64,000 nucleotides of DNA from an uncultured Bacteroidales bacterium (GTDB lineage Bacteria > Bacteroidota > Bacteroidia > Bacteroidales > WCHB1-69), in contig CAMVOL010000009.1 in the NCBI GenBank assembly GCA_947169105.1, positions 11,095-75,094 on the forward strand, in the 5' to 3' direction. Shown in pieces: positions 18,555 through 28,432 of the stretch. Both the position numbers and the translations under genes were made by a program. Under the pieces are notes generated by a model, which worked only from the letters and a program-made list of their open reading frames with translations, did not search any database and was not told where the DNA came from. Positions within the stretch are counted from its first letter, which is position 1, and the number at the start of each line of letters is the position of its first letter.

Positions 18555-19190
18555 TTATTTCCTTCCGAAATCCGCAGGAATCTCACCCCACGCTTTCGTG
18601 TTCCACTTTACAATCGGATTTTGGAACGTGTTGTTTTTCAGCCAGTTTTCGGCGCGGTTGAGCAGGTCGAAAAGGAGGGCGTTCTCTTCGGTCGGCAGTA
18701 CGATGGACTTGTGTTTCTTGTGGCGCACCCACGAAATGGCGGTGATGCTGTCGGTATAGATGGGGATGGTGCGTCCCTGCTGTTTCAGAAGGGCCAGTCC
18801 GTGTACTAAAGCCAGAAATTCGCCCATGTTGTTGGTGCCACCGTTGAAGGGCCCACGGTGGAAAATCACCTGTCCTGTGCGGGTGTCCACGCCGCGGTAC
18901 TCCATCACCCGCGTCACCATATTACAGGCCGCATCCACGCAGATGCTGTCTAAAACCGGCTTTGGGTCGGTGCTGCTGGCAAAGGTCGGCTTTTCCGTAG
19001 GGATGATGGGATGTTCTTGATAATAAGCTTTATATCCTTCACGAAAGTATTTTTGCGCATCCGTTATGGAGTCAAAAGATTTGTATTTCGCCCCGGCAAA
19101 CTGATCCACCTGCGCCTTCGCATCCGACCAATTATCATATATACCGGGGGTCCGTCCCTCCCATACCACATAGAATTTCTTTCCAGGCAT
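18555..19190 (-). CDS. rnhA: Ribonuclease H1 with N-terminal hybrid-binding (viroplasmin-like) domain
   Basis: Start chosen at MPGKKFYVVWEGRTPGIYDNW (there is an in-frame ATG at 19241). The N-terminal RNase H1/viroplasmin fold is followed by an RNase H domain (CVDAACN...GTNNMGEFLALVHGL...IYTDS). Confidence 0.85.
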   Translation of the reverse strand: MPGKKFYVVWEGRTPGIYDNWSDAKAQVDQFAGAKYKSFDSITDAQKYFREGYKAYYQEHPIIPTEKPTFASSTDPKPVLDSICVDAACNMVTRVMEYRGVDTRTGQVIFHRGPFNGGTNNMGEFLALVHGLALLKQQGRTIPIYTDSITAISWVRHKKHKSIVLPTEENALLFDLLNRAENWLKNNTFQNPIVKWNTKAWGEIPADFGRK

Positions 19191-19278
19191 CTTCGATCTT
19201 TTTAGTAAAACATTATCAATTTTTCCATTATTTTGAGACACAATACGATACAGAAAACTATCATTAAAGAAATTAGTG

Positions 19279-19286
19279 TAATTTTG
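19279..19286 (+). promoter_or_regulatory. -7 promoter box (TAATTTTG)
   Basis: gTAATTTTGCGC lies 55 nt upstream of ATG 19341. Confidence 0.45.
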
Positions 19287-19303
19287 CGCTCGAATTGCAG
19301 CCG

Positions 19304-19311
19304 CAAAGGTA
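19304..19311 (-). promoter_or_regulatory. -7 promoter box (TACCTTTG) for rnhA, divergent from the previous box
   Basis: The minus strand reads gTACCTTTGCGGC upstream of the rnhA start candidates. Confidence 0.45.
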
Positions 19312-19340
19312 CTATCATTTTTTGAAAACTTTAAAGCAGA

Positions 19341-19892
19341 ATGAAAAATATACGAACTTTTGTCTCATTTTTAACTATCGCTCTTATTTTCAGTGTGATA
19401 ACTGTCGGTTGTCATCGGGATACGCTGACGGAAAAGGATATAAAAGTCAATCCCAAGAATGGTTTTGCGGTTACTCATACCTTTGAAAATGGCATTTGGA
19501 CTTTCCCCAAAGTGGATGACGGTATTGACAAGGAACTTCATCTAACGGGCACGTTCCCGAACCCGCAGGAGTTTTACAAACTTATGGTTATTGTGGATTT
19601 TTATGGAGATGTCCAAGCAAAATCGTTACCATTGGTAATTACTACCACTTCACCAGATGGCAATAGTATGCAGAGTACCAATGTGTTAGTGGAGTTCAAC
19701 GATGAAGAAACGGTAACAGAACTTGGGGAGGAAAATGCCAAAAAATTGCTGCGTGCCACCAAGGTCATCTATCCGTCGAAACAGTTTGCCGAAGAGGGAA
19801 CTTACCATTTTACGGTCTATTCCAAATATTCAAAAATGTCGCTGCAAGGGGTGAAATCTCTCACAATTGCTGCACAAAAAGTTGAAAAATAG
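19341..19892 (+). CDS. Lipoprotein, possibly GldH-like
   Basis: 183 aa with signal peptide plus lipobox (VITVGC). The C-terminal FAEEGTYHFTVYSKYSKMSLQGVKSL resembles the GldH family signature. The family assignment is tentative. Confidence 0.45.
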   Translation: MKNIRTFVSFLTIALIFSVITVGCHRDTLTEKDIKVNPKNGFAVTHTFENGIWTFPKVDDGIDKELHLTGTFPNPQEFYKLMVIVDFYGDVQAKSLPLVITTTSPDGNSMQSTNVLVEFNDEETVTELGEENAKKLLRATKVIYPSKQFAEEGTYHFTVYSKYSKMSLQGVKSLTIAAQKVEK

Positions 19893-19893
19893 C

Positions 19894-20322
19894 ATGTTAC
19901 AAAAAGGAAAACTTTTTATTGCTCTGTTGGCTGCTGCGGTTTTTTTAGTCGCCTGCAACGGTTATGAACACGAAACCATTCCCAATGTGAAAGTCAATTT
20001 CACGATTTATCCGGACAGCCCTAATTATGTGAACTTGAACTATATTGGCGGACACGAGTATGTGACGGGTGGCGTGCAGGGCATCATCATCTATCGGGTG
20101 GATCAATTCACCTTTGTGGCTTACGACCGTGCCTGCCCCTACGACTGGGAGGAGCACGACTCTTGGCTTTGGGTCGATGAAAGCGGCATCCTCATCAAGG
20201 ATTCGCTGTGCGGCTCCGTTTTCAATATCCTTGACGGTTCCGTCATCAGCGGCCCGAGCAAATACAATTTAAAGTTTTACAAGACGATGTACGACGGTCG
20301 GCGGCTCCGTGTTTACAACTGA
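19894..20322 (+). CDS. Hypothetical lipoprotein with degenerate Rieske-like fold
   Basis: ATG 19894 gives MLQKGKLFIALLAAAVFLVAC (lipobox). The CPYDW...CGSVF spacing recalls a Rieske domain, but the His ligands are missing. Confidence 0.55.
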   Translation: MLQKGKLFIALLAAAVFLVACNGYEHETIPNVKVNFTIYPDSPNYVNLNYIGGHEYVTGGVQGIIIYRVDQFTFVAYDRACPYDWEEHDSWLWVDESGILIKDSLCGSVFNILDGSVISGPSKYNLKFYKTMYDGRRLRVYN

Positions 20323-21125
20323 GCAACGAGCGTACTGACCAGTTTCACCATATTTGGTTCGGCCTTTTTGGCTGCATTGAGCACCTCTTCGTGCGACACT
20401 TTTTCGATAGGTCCCACGCCGCCTAAGTCGGTGATGACGGAGAGTGCGAAGACCTCCATACCGAGGAAGCGGGCGACGATGGTTTCTGGCACGGTGGACA
20501 TTCCGACCGCGTCGGCGCCCAGAATGTGATACATCCGATATTCCGCAGGCGTTTCGTAGCTCGGTCCTTTAACACCCACATACACACCGTGTTGCAGCTT
20601 GATATTCAGTTCCTCCCCGATTTTTTTCGCCAGTTTGACCCACCGTTTCGAATAGGCCTCGCTCATATCGGGAAAACGCGGGCCGAGTTCGTCGATGTTG
20701 GGACCGAGTAGCGGGTTGTCGGCCATCATATTGATATGGTCGGTGATAATCATAATGTCGGCGACATCGAAGGTGGGGTTCATTCCGCCAGCGGCGTTGG
20801 AAAGCACCAACTTCTTGATTCCCATTTGGTTCATCACAAAGATGGGGAAGGTCACCGTCTTCATCGGATGCCCTTCGTAGTAGTGGAAACGACCGCTCAT
20901 CACCATCACGGGACGGCCGTTGAGCTTGCCGAAAATCATCGTGGCCTTGTGGCCGGCCACATTGGAAACGGGGAAGTTCGGAATCTCGCGGTAGGGGATT
21001 TCCTGCTCGATGTCAATGTGTTTGACCAAACCGCCCAATCCGGAGCCCAAAACGATGGCCACTTCCGGCTTTGTGGTGATTCTGCTTTCCAAAAACTGCG
21101 CCGTTTCTTTGATTTTTTCCAACAT
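20313..21125 (-). CDS. Purine nucleoside phosphorylase (trimeric PNP, inosine/guanosine type)
   Basis: 270 aa with GSGLGG, GRFHYYEG, SNAAGG, GPSYETPAE and MSTVPE motifs. Confidence 0.9.
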   Translation of the reverse strand: MLEKIKETAQFLESRITTKPEVAIVLGSGLGGLVKHIDIEQEIPYREIPNFPVSNVAGHKATMIFGKLNGRPVMVMSGRFHYYEGHPMKTVTFPIFVMNQMGIKKLVLSNAAGGMNPTFDVADIMIITDHINMMADNPLLGPNIDELGPRFPDMSEAYSKRWVKLAKKIGEELNIKLQHGVYVGVKGPSYETPAEYRMYHILGADAVGMSTVPETIVARFLGMEVFALSVITDLGGVGPIEKVSHEEVLNAAKKAEPNMVKLVSTLVAQL

Positions 21126-21203
21126 AATGATTATCTTTTAATGAATTAGATTTCAAAAAATTACATTCAATTTTCAAGAAAAATCCTCTTGAAAGAACGA
21201 GCC

Positions 21204-21211
21204 GCAAAGAT
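21204..21211 (-). promoter_or_regulatory. -7 promoter box (TATCTTTG) for PNP gene
   Basis: The minus strand reads cgTATCTTTGCGGC about 80 nt upstream of ATG 21125. Confidence 0.45.
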
Positions 21212-21221
21212 ACGATTATTT

Positions 21222-22271
21222 TCAGACTTCCTTTACCATCCTGTTGAACCTATCTTCCTCCCCAAACAAGAATTCCACCCGTACGGGCACTACAAAAATG
21301 GGAAGTCTGTCGGTGAGGGCTTTCAGCTCCGGAAGTTGAAGTCGGACAAAATCTTTTTCCGTCGTAAAGAGGACGGCGGAACCGCCTTTTTCTGCTACTT
21401 TTTTACAGAGTGATGCCATTTCACCTGCGGTGAATGAATGATGGTCACCGTATTCAAGGAGTTCAATATCAGCGAAATGAGTTCTTACTTCGTGATAGAG
21501 GTTTTTTGGATTGGCGATGCCCGTAAGCAAAATCAGCGGTGTGTTAGACGTGAGGGTGAGGTTCTGGGCGGCAACGGTAGCGGCAACGGGCTCCCCGTAG
21601 GCAAGGGTGGTGAAAAAGCATCGTTGGGTGTCACGGAGTTTCAGCTTTTGCCGGATGCTTTCGGCCTCCTCCTTTGTCAGCGACTGCGGGCACTTGGTGA
21701 CGATCACCATGTCGGCGTTGGCCGCGGTCGAAGGGAATTCCCGTAAGCGGCCGGCGGGCATCGGGAAATCGTTATAGTAGGGGCGGGCGTAGTCCGTCAG
21801 CAGCAGGTTGAGGTCGCACCGGACCGACAGGTGCTGGTAGGCATCGTCCAGAAGCACGATGTCGGGAGGGACCACCACACGTTCCAACCGCCGCAAGCCT
21901 TCAGCACGGTCTTCGCACACAACGACCTGAACATCAGGGAACTTATGATGGAGTTGGGTGGGCTCGTCACCGAAGGTGGCCGCCGTAACCTCCACATCGG
22001 CATTATCGGAGTTCAAGTACCCTTTCGTCTTCCGCCGGTAGCCGCGGCTGAGGGTGGCCACACGACGGTCGGTCTGGAACAGCCGTATCAAATACTCCAC
22101 CATCGGGGTCTTGCCGGTACCGCCGACCGCCAAGTTCCCTATGCAAATTGTTGGCAGAGTGGAACGATAGGAGTGAAGCCATCCGATTTTGTATAATCCT
22201 CTGCGTACCAATCCGATGATGCCGTAAACAGCACCCAAAGGAAGTATCAGTATGGACAGGATTTTTTTCAC
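21222..22271 (-). CDS. lpxK: Tetraacyldisaccharide 4'-kinase
   Basis: 349 aa with an N-terminal TM segment, P-loop GNLAVGGTGKTPMV, LSRGYRR and DDAYQH motifs. There is a 4-nt overlap with the upstream GT9 gene. Confidence 0.88.
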   Translation of the reverse strand: MKKILSILILPLGAVYGIIGLVRRGLYKIGWLHSYRSTLPTICIGNLAVGGTGKTPMVEYLIRLFQTDRRVATLSRGYRRKTKGYLNSDNADVEVTAATFGDEPTQLHHKFPDVQVVVCEDRAEGLRRLERVVVPPDIVLLDDAYQHLSVRCDLNLLLTDYARPYYNDFPMPAGRLREFPSTAANADMVIVTKCPQSLTKEEAESIRQKLKLRDTQRCFFTTLAYGEPVAATVAAQNLTLTSNTPLILLTGIANPKNLYHEVRTHFADIELLEYGDHHSFTAGEMASLCKKVAEKGGSAVLFTTEKDFVRLQLPELKALTDRLPIFVVPVRVEFLFGEEDRFNRMVKEV

Positions 22272-23281
22272 TCAGACAGGTGGTTTAGCCAATCGGCGAC
22301 CTCATAGGAAGAGATGAGATTCATGCATTTGAAGTGCCGGTGCGGGCATTTTTTGAAACCCAACTTGGAGCAGGGCCGGCAAAACAGGGAGTTGACTTCA
22401 AAGATGCGGGCTTTAGGTGCGTCGGGCTTGGTATAGGGGTACATGCCCAGCTCAGGAACCGTGTTGCCCCAAAGGGAGGCGATGGGTTTTCCGAGTGCGG
22501 CGGCAATGTGCATGATGCCCGTGTCGCCCGTCAGCACGCCGTCACTTTGTGCCACCACCGAGGCCGTGGTGTTGATGTTGAACTTTCCGCACAAGTTCAA
22601 TGCCTTGCCATTCATTTGAGTCTCAATGATTTCTGCGGTTTTGGCATCGTTTTTGTCGCCTAAAAGCACCATCGGCTTATACAGTTGGTTTCCGATTTCA
22701 ATGATTTTTTCTACCGGGATTCGCTTGGTGGCATGCGCCGCTCCGACCGCCACCGCAATGTACCCGTCTTCGAAACTGGCAGGAAGATCCTCAATATCAA
22801 AGATATCTTCTTCAGGAATAAAGTAATCAAGACCTTTGCCGTCATTGATTACCCCGAGTTCTTCCGCTGCTTTGAAGTAGCGATCCACAATGTGGATGGC
22901 GGGCAGGAAGTTGATTTTCGCCCGTACCAGCACCATTTTCTTGATATTATGCTTTGGAAAGCTACGGTGTGGGCAATCCAGCTTCCGTATGATTTTTTTG
23001 GAACGGAAATTATGCTGTAAATCAATGATATAGTCGAAATTTTCCGCTTTCAGTTCCGACACCAGTGAGTCGGTGTCCCCTTTGTACGTGTGGATGGCAT
23101 CCACGTAAGGGTTGCTTTTCAGGAGAATTTCATTAGATTTTTTTACCAAATAGTGCAGTTCCACATTTGGAATTTGCTGTTTTACAGCACGAATAACGGG
23201 CGTGGTGAGCACAATGTCACCGATGGAACTGAAACGGATGATGAGGATTTTCCGTCGCGACGGAGGTTGTGATTCGTTCAT
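22268..23281 (-). CDS. Glycosyltransferase family 9 (heptosyltransferase-like)
   Basis: 337 aa beginning KILIIRFSSIGDIVLTTPVIRAVK, with a C-terminal TGDTGIMHIAAALGKP motif. Confidence 0.82.
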   Translation of the reverse strand: MNESQPPSRRKILIIRFSSIGDIVLTTPVIRAVKQQIPNVELHYLVKKSNEILLKSNPYVDAIHTYKGDTDSLVSELKAENFDYIIDLQHNFRSKKIIRKLDCPHRSFPKHNIKKMVLVRAKINFLPAIHIVDRYFKAAEELGVINDGKGLDYFIPEEDIFDIEDLPASFEDGYIAVAVGAAHATKRIPVEKIIEIGNQLYKPMVLLGDKNDAKTAEIIETQMNGKALNLCGKFNINTTASVVAQSDGVLTGDTGIMHIAAALGKPIASLWGNTVPELGMYPYTKPDAPKARIFEVNSLFCRPCSKLGFKKCPHRHFKCMNLISSYEVADWLNHLSE

Positions 23282-23285
23282 TGTA

Positions 23286-24458
23286 TTACCAATCGTTATC
23301 TTCTTTGTGGTTCAATTCTTTTCCATAGTGGGTTTTCACAGGATTAGCATAGATTTGCAGTAGGTAGCTTTTCATTTTATCAGCAGCAACATCCTCCACA
23401 ATGGATTGTTTATCAATATATTGTAAGAATTCTTCTTTTTGTTTTGGGGTATAGAACTCTGCAAATTCATGGCATTGTTCTAAATAATCGTAGGCGATGT
23501 AGTTGGTAGCGAAAAGGTGGTAGTTTTGGTAGATTTGTTGGTCAATGATTTTGGCGACCTCGTTCAATTTGTCGTTTTTCCGCAAATCAGGAGAAATCGT
23601 ATCTAATTGTTCATCAATAGGTTTGCCGATGACAAAGTTCACTTCGCCTTTCCAGCCGAAAATGCCTTGTTTCATGCTGTTGAAGTCTTCGCCAGGTTTT
23701 TTGACATATTTTTCTTTTTCAGAAAGTGCCAATTCTCTGGCTTTCAGCTGGTCGCACGGCTCGTATTCGTAAGAGACGGTCAGCGGGGTGATGTGTATTT
23801 CCTTCAAAACCTCGATGACATCGCGGCTTTCGTCGTAGAAAGTCAGCATTTTGATGAGTCCTTGCTGGGTTTTGTCGAGGCCGTCCTTGGTTCTTCCATT
23901 TCTTTGGGCGATCCACACCGATTCGTTTTCCTCGAACATACTATAATGGATGTATTCCGATAACAATTTGGAATTCAACAGTTTTTCCCGTATTCCACCG
24001 TTCCTTTTTACGAGAAACATCTTGTTCATTTTGGCGATATTCAGCAAGAGGGGAGTGGATACGAGGTTGTTACCGATGGCGATCTTGGAGGAATTCACGT
24101 TATTTGCAAAAAAATAGAGTTGCAGATAGGCCGAATCCATAATGATGTCGCGGTGGTTGGCGATGTACAGATAGGCTTTGTCTCTTTCTATATTTTCAAG
24201 ACCGTTGTAAGAGACCTTGCTGGTGGTTTTATCGGAAAAGTATTTAAGGAAACGTCCCGGAAGTGCTTTTTGGAAGGCGTAATGGCTTTCATAGCTTTTA
24301 CATTCCTCCTTCAGGCTTTCAACGGTTATACCCATATCCAACTTGTTGAGCACTTGGTTAAAAGTCTCATCTGCAAAGATTTCCCGTCGCACGAGGATAG
24401 CCTCACGCAGGTTGAAGTGCCGTATTTCATCAAATTTGTCGGTCATAGAATCCGTCAA
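23286..24458 (-). CDS. PlsC-family acyltransferase
   Basis: 390 aa with the HxxxxD acyltransferase motif (ANHRDIIMDSAY). It lies within the lipid A/envelope gene string. Confidence 0.7.
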   Translation of the reverse strand: MTDSMTDKFDEIRHFNLREAILVRREIFADETFNQVLNKLDMGITVESLKEECKSYESHYAFQKALPGRFLKYFSDKTTSKVSYNGLENIERDKAYLYIANHRDIIMDSAYLQLYFFANNVNSSKIAIGNNLVSTPLLLNIAKMNKMFLVKRNGGIREKLLNSKLLSEYIHYSMFEENESVWIAQRNGRTKDGLDKTQQGLIKMLTFYDESRDVIEVLKEIHITPLTVSYEYEPCDQLKARELALSEKEKYVKKPGEDFNSMKQGIFGWKGEVNFVIGKPIDEQLDTISPDLRKNDKLNEVAKIIDQQIYQNYHLFATNYIAYDYLEQCHEFAEFYTPKQKEEFLQYIDKQSIVEDVAADKMKSYLLQIYANPVKTHYGKELNHKEDNDW

Positions 24459-24533
24459 AATAACGGCGGCAAAGATACGGCAAAAAAATAAATGTGGCTT
24501 TAACTTTTTTTAAAAGTTACGAAAGGTCAAAAG

Positions 24534-25025
24534 TTATTCGTTTGACCGGATGGTGTCGGGGTCGATTTCGAGGATGCGGCGCGGATTCTTGGGTCGCAGG
24601 ATGGGCTTCCGTGCGGGCTTTTGCTCGGCTACGGTGTCGGTTACGGCAGCTTTGGGGGCTTCGTCCGTCACTTCCGAAGCGACAGGTTTGCGGCGTGGCG
24701 CCGGCACTACCGCCTCTTCTACGGGCTCTTCCGTCAACTCCTCGACTGTTGCGGTGTCGGCAACGACCAACGTCGGTTCTTCGGCGGGAGTCTCTTCCAC
24801 CACAATGGTCGGTACCGCCTCGTCAGCTTGGAAAAAATACCGTATGCCAAACCAGCTTCCGACGGAAACAATGGCAACGGAAACAATAGCTATAATAACT
24901 GATTGTGTGACAGTTAGTGCAGACTTCAATCCAGCTTTTCTGGCAAAACTATGCCAAGAAGAAGCAGAGTATGAGTACTCCTTCTGTTCTACTTTTTCTT
25001 TGATGATTTGGTCGAAGTCCGTCAT
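24534..25025 (-). CDS. Single-pass membrane protein, putative anti-sigma factor
   Basis: 163 aa. It starts immediately after the ECF sigma stop with no gap. It has one TM segment (VIIAIVSVAIVSVGSWFGI) and a Pro/Glu/Ala/Thr-rich tail. Confidence 0.5.
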   Translation of the reverse strand: MTDFDQIIKEKVEQKEYSYSASSWHSFARKAGLKSALTVTQSVIIAIVSVAIVSVGSWFGIRYFFQADEAVPTIVVEETPAEEPTLVVADTATVEELTEEPVEEAVVPAPRRKPVASEVTDEAPKAAVTDTVAEQKPARKPILRPKNPRRILEIDPDTIRSNE

Positions 25026-25583
25026 TTATCTGGTTATTTCGTGGATCATTTCTTTCAGTTTTGTTCGGGCGAAATTGAGGTGCCAATGGGAGGTTCCTTC
25101 CTTCATTTGCAGTATTTCAGCGATTTCGGCGTGCGGATAACCTTCAAAAACATAGAGGTTGAAAACGCTTCGCGTGGTGGGCGGCAGTTGCTGGATCAAC
25201 GACAGCAGCTCGTCCGTCGTAATTTTGGAAAGAGCCGTGTTTTCGTCGAAATTGTGGATTTCCACTTCGGAAATATCCTCAATATCAGTCATTTGTGTCA
25301 GTGTCTTGTACTTCCGCTGATAGTCGATGGCGGCATTGACCACCACACGTTTCAACCATGCTTTGAAAGAACCTTCCGCGAATTTGTCAAGATTGGCGAA
25401 AATCTTGATGAAGCCTTCGCTGAGCATATCCTGCGCCTCGTCTTCGTCCTTCGCGTATCGCATACAGACGGCCATCACCTCACTGTAGAACAGCTTGAAA
25501 AACTGGTGCTGTGCGCGCCTTTTTTCGGCGCGGCAGTCGGCAATCAGCTGCTTCAATTCCTCTTCTGTCGTCTGCTTGAACAT
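25026..25583 (-). CDS. ECF-type RNA polymerase sigma-70 factor
   Basis: 185 aa with region 2 (FFKLFYSEVMAVCMRYAKDEDEAQDMLSEGFIKIF) and region 4 HTH (FNLYVFEGYPHAEIAEILQMKEGTSHWHLNFARTKLK). Confidence 0.85.
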   Translation of the reverse strand: MFKQTTEEELKQLIADCRAEKRRAQHQFFKLFYSEVMAVCMRYAKDEDEAQDMLSEGFIKIFANLDKFAEGSFKAWLKRVVVNAAIDYQRKYKTLTQMTDIEDISEVEIHNFDENTALSKITTDELLSLIQQLPPTTRSVFNLYVFEGYPHAEIAEILQMKEGTSHWHLNFARTKLKEMIHEITR

Positions 25584-25632
25584 ATTCTAAAACGGAAGTC
25601 GGTTCTTAAATCTTGGGTTGTTTTTTCACTTT

Positions 25633-28356
25633 TTACAAATTTTCGCGGAAGTCGTGTTTCAACGGTATCTTAAGATCTTGCAGCACAGAGGCTTTCACGT
25701 TTAGAGTGAAGCTCCAGCCGCGGCGTGGTCCGAATGGAATGAAGTTGAAACGCATCTCCCAGCAATGTAGGTCGCGGTAAATATCTATGGAGGTGTAGGA
25801 TATGTCGCGGTTGGTAATATCGTAGCCGGTGGTGAATCCGATCTTCCACTTTTTGGTGATATTGAACTCGCCACTCACATTGATGGTTTGGATTATCCGA
25901 CCTATATGTGACTTTTCTGCCTCCGACATCAGGATGTCGTATAATGCCAAATTGTTGTAGCTCATATAGAAATAGGGATTGTCTCGAGAAGTATAGGCAA
26001 AGGAGTAGTTGATGGTCAGCGACCACGGCGTGTTGAAGTCGGGCCGATGGGTGGGCATCCCGAGGGTGTTTTCGGTGAAAAGTTCCGGTTGCTGCTCCTG
26101 TTGTTTTTTCTCCTTTTTTTCATTTTTACCTTTAAAAAACTCCTGATTCAGCGTCCAGTTCAGTCCGATAGTCACATCGGTAGAGGAGAGACGAAGCAAG
26201 CGCTTGTTCTCCTTGAGTTCTGTCCGGTTGATGCGGACACCCTGCGCATTGTAGCAATAGGGGTCGAAGCCGAGGCTGAAGGTGATATACAGCTGTTTGA
26301 AGAGCGTGGTTCTTCCCGAAATGGTGAACATTGACCAGTTCATGGAGTCGGCGGCGAAGTCGTAATATTCTGATAACGTGAGATTTTCAATAAGAACGAT
26401 TTTTTTTGTCCCCGTAATGGTGTCTTTCCGCGACCGCACCTTCATTTCGATATTGTTGCTGATGCTGATTTTGGCGATAGCGGACGACCGGTCGGAAACG
26501 CCGCCGAAAATAGAGTTTGCAAAGTAGGAATAGCGGGTCCATTGTCCGGTGATGGTGTTAAAATACTCGCCGAAAGTATTGCCGCTGAGGTTGGGGATGT
26601 AGCTGAAGCTTAAGTCGGGGGACATCACGTGACGGATCGCCAAAAGCCCGCCTTTCTTAAACTGGTACATAAAATAGACCTTGGTGGTGAGTCCTGTGGT
26701 GATGTTGAGGTCGTGAAGGGCATAGAAATTGCGGTGGAAGACGTTATTAACATGCCCAATCACCACATCGTCGGTGGTGTCGGTCACAAATTGCTGCTCC
26801 TCCGACTGCAAGTACCATTTTTCGGTCAGGCTCACTGTCGTGTTCCAGTTGATGAGCTTGGCAATCTTAATAGGGATGGTCAGAGGGATGTTGTGCCGCC
26901 ATCCCAACTGCATTTTCTCCCACGTCTCCGCTTTGAGAATCATGGAATCTTGCGTAGCTATCTTATTGGTGAACTGTGAACTCCATTTGAGAGAAATGTT
27001 GTCCCACCATTTGAGGGCCGAAGTTTTGTTCTTTTTTCGGAACGGGTAGAACTGGTTGACCGACATGCTGATGTCAGGCAGAAGGAAGTCCATCTGTCCG
27101 GTTTTCGTGTTCTGGTTGTAGGAAGCGGTGATGTCAGCGAAAAAGATCCCTTTTACGCTGGTTGAAAGATTTAGTTTTGATGTATATTGGTTTGATAAAT
27201 AATCATTTACGCTCGATGCGTTATACTTGTTGTAAAACAAGCTCACGATGTTTACGTGGGCAGAAAAGCGGGTGGTGGGGTGCGACTTCGCGTCCTGTTT
27301 ATGATCCCAGTAAAGTTTGAAGTCGTTGGTGTGGTATCGGGAGGGGGTGTATCGTTCCCCGAAGAAGTTCTGGGCGAAGCTGATGTTCACCGCACCGGTG
27401 CATTTGTAGCGCACCACATAATTGGAACGGACTTTGGCGGCCCAGCTGCCGTTGGTGTAGATATCGCCGGCCAAAACAAGGTCGATGTTGTCGCTGATGC
27501 CGAAATAGTAACCGAAATTCTCCAGATAGAAACCGCGGTTGTTGGTTTCACCGAAGGTGGGCATGATGATGCCGGAGCGGCGGCCCTTCTTGATGGGGAA
27601 ATAACCGAACGGAAGGGCAAAAAAGGTGGGCACGCCGCCGAAACTGAGGTAGGCGGGACCTGTCACAATCTTGTCGTTCGGCATCACCTTTGCCTTAGTG
27701 AAGGCGATCTCGAAATGGGGATGGTCTAGTTCGCAGGTGGTATATTTCCCGTGCCGGATGAAAGAGGTGTTGTCGTCCAGTTTTTTCACTTTTTCACCAT
27801 GGATATAGCCATCACCTTCTTCTGTAATCACTTGTGTAATAATGCCTTTTGTGGTTTGGAAGTTGTACTTCAATTCGTGGGCGCGGAAGAAGGTCTCTCC
27901 CTGCTTGAAGACAGGGTAACCGTGCATATTTCCGGCAGAGTCGGCCACCCCGCAGGCATACAGCTCCTGCGATGCGAAGCCGAGCTGGATGAAGTCGGCA
28001 TGCAGCTCCAAGTCCTCATAGTAAACGACGGCCTCACCGAAAAGGTAGGCCATACGGTTCTTGATATCCACCACAATGGAGTCTTTTGCATCGTAAGTGA
28101 CTAATTTTTCGATAGCTCCTTTTGACAGGCGCTTGCCGTTTTCGTTCGTTTTTTGGGAGGAATCGGATGGGATTGTATCATTTTCAAAAGACAGGGAATC
28201 GGTCCGTGGGGCAATTCCGACAGAGAGGGAAAGTGTATCGGGAAGTGTGTCAATAATGGCTTGTGATTTTACACAAACGCTTAACAAACAGAATGTTATA
28301 GCGAAAAGGCATCGCAATAATAATAACAATCTGCCGTTCATTACTCGTTGCTGCAA
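25633..28356 (-). CDS. LptD-like outer-membrane LPS-assembly protein
   Basis: 907 aa with a signal peptide, an OstA-like N-terminal segment (LFGEAVVYYEDLELHADFIQL...) and a long beta-rich C-terminal barrel. This architecture is typical of Bacteroidetes putative LptD. Confidence 0.7.
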   Translation of the reverse strand: MQQRVMNGRLLLLLRCLFAITFCLLSVCVKSQAIIDTLPDTLSLSVGIAPRTDSLSFENDTIPSDSSQKTNENGKRLSKGAIEKLVTYDAKDSIVVDIKNRMAYLFGEAVVYYEDLELHADFIQLGFASQELYACGVADSAGNMHGYPVFKQGETFFRAHELKYNFQTTKGIITQVITEEGDGYIHGEKVKKLDDNTSFIRHGKYTTCELDHPHFEIAFTKAKVMPNDKIVTGPAYLSFGGVPTFFALPFGYFPIKKGRRSGIIMPTFGETNNRGFYLENFGYYFGISDNIDLVLAGDIYTNGSWAAKVRSNYVVRYKCTGAVNISFAQNFFGERYTPSRYHTNDFKLYWDHKQDAKSHPTTRFSAHVNIVSLFYNKYNASSVNDYLSNQYTSKLNLSTSVKGIFFADITASYNQNTKTGQMDFLLPDISMSVNQFYPFRKKNKTSALKWWDNISLKWSSQFTNKIATQDSMILKAETWEKMQLGWRHNIPLTIPIKIAKLINWNTTVSLTEKWYLQSEEQQFVTDTTDDVVIGHVNNVFHRNFYALHDLNITTGLTTKVYFMYQFKKGGLLAIRHVMSPDLSFSYIPNLSGNTFGEYFNTITGQWTRYSYFANSIFGGVSDRSSAIAKISISNNIEMKVRSRKDTITGTKKIVLIENLTLSEYYDFAADSMNWSMFTISGRTTLFKQLYITFSLGFDPYCYNAQGVRINRTELKENKRLLRLSSTDVTIGLNWTLNQEFFKGKNEKKEKKQQEQQPELFTENTLGMPTHRPDFNTPWSLTINYSFAYTSRDNPYFYMSYNNLALYDILMSEAEKSHIGRIIQTINVSGEFNITKKWKIGFTTGYDITNRDISYTSIDIYRDLHCWEMRFNFIPFGPRRGWSFTLNVKASVLQDLKIPLKHDFRENL

Positions 28357-28382
28357 AATCCTACTATATCTAATAATTACAA

Positions 28383-28390
28383 TATTTTTG
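28383..28390 (+). promoter_or_regulatory. -7 promoter box (TATTTTTG) for amidase gene
   Basis: aaTATTTTTGCG lies 43 nt upstream of ATG 28433. Confidence 0.5.
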
Positions 28391-28432
28391 CGTTTTCAAA
28401 AAAGAGCCAAAAATACACAAAAATCAACCTTT

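Noticed and set aside
24494-25140. Several overlapping + strand ORFs (131, 196 and 93 aa) rich in Arg/Ala/Pro/Ser.
   Set aside because: They are antisense to the anti-sigma and ECF sigma genes. Their composition reflects the Pro/Glu/Ala/Thr-rich linker of the anti-sigma gene read backwards.
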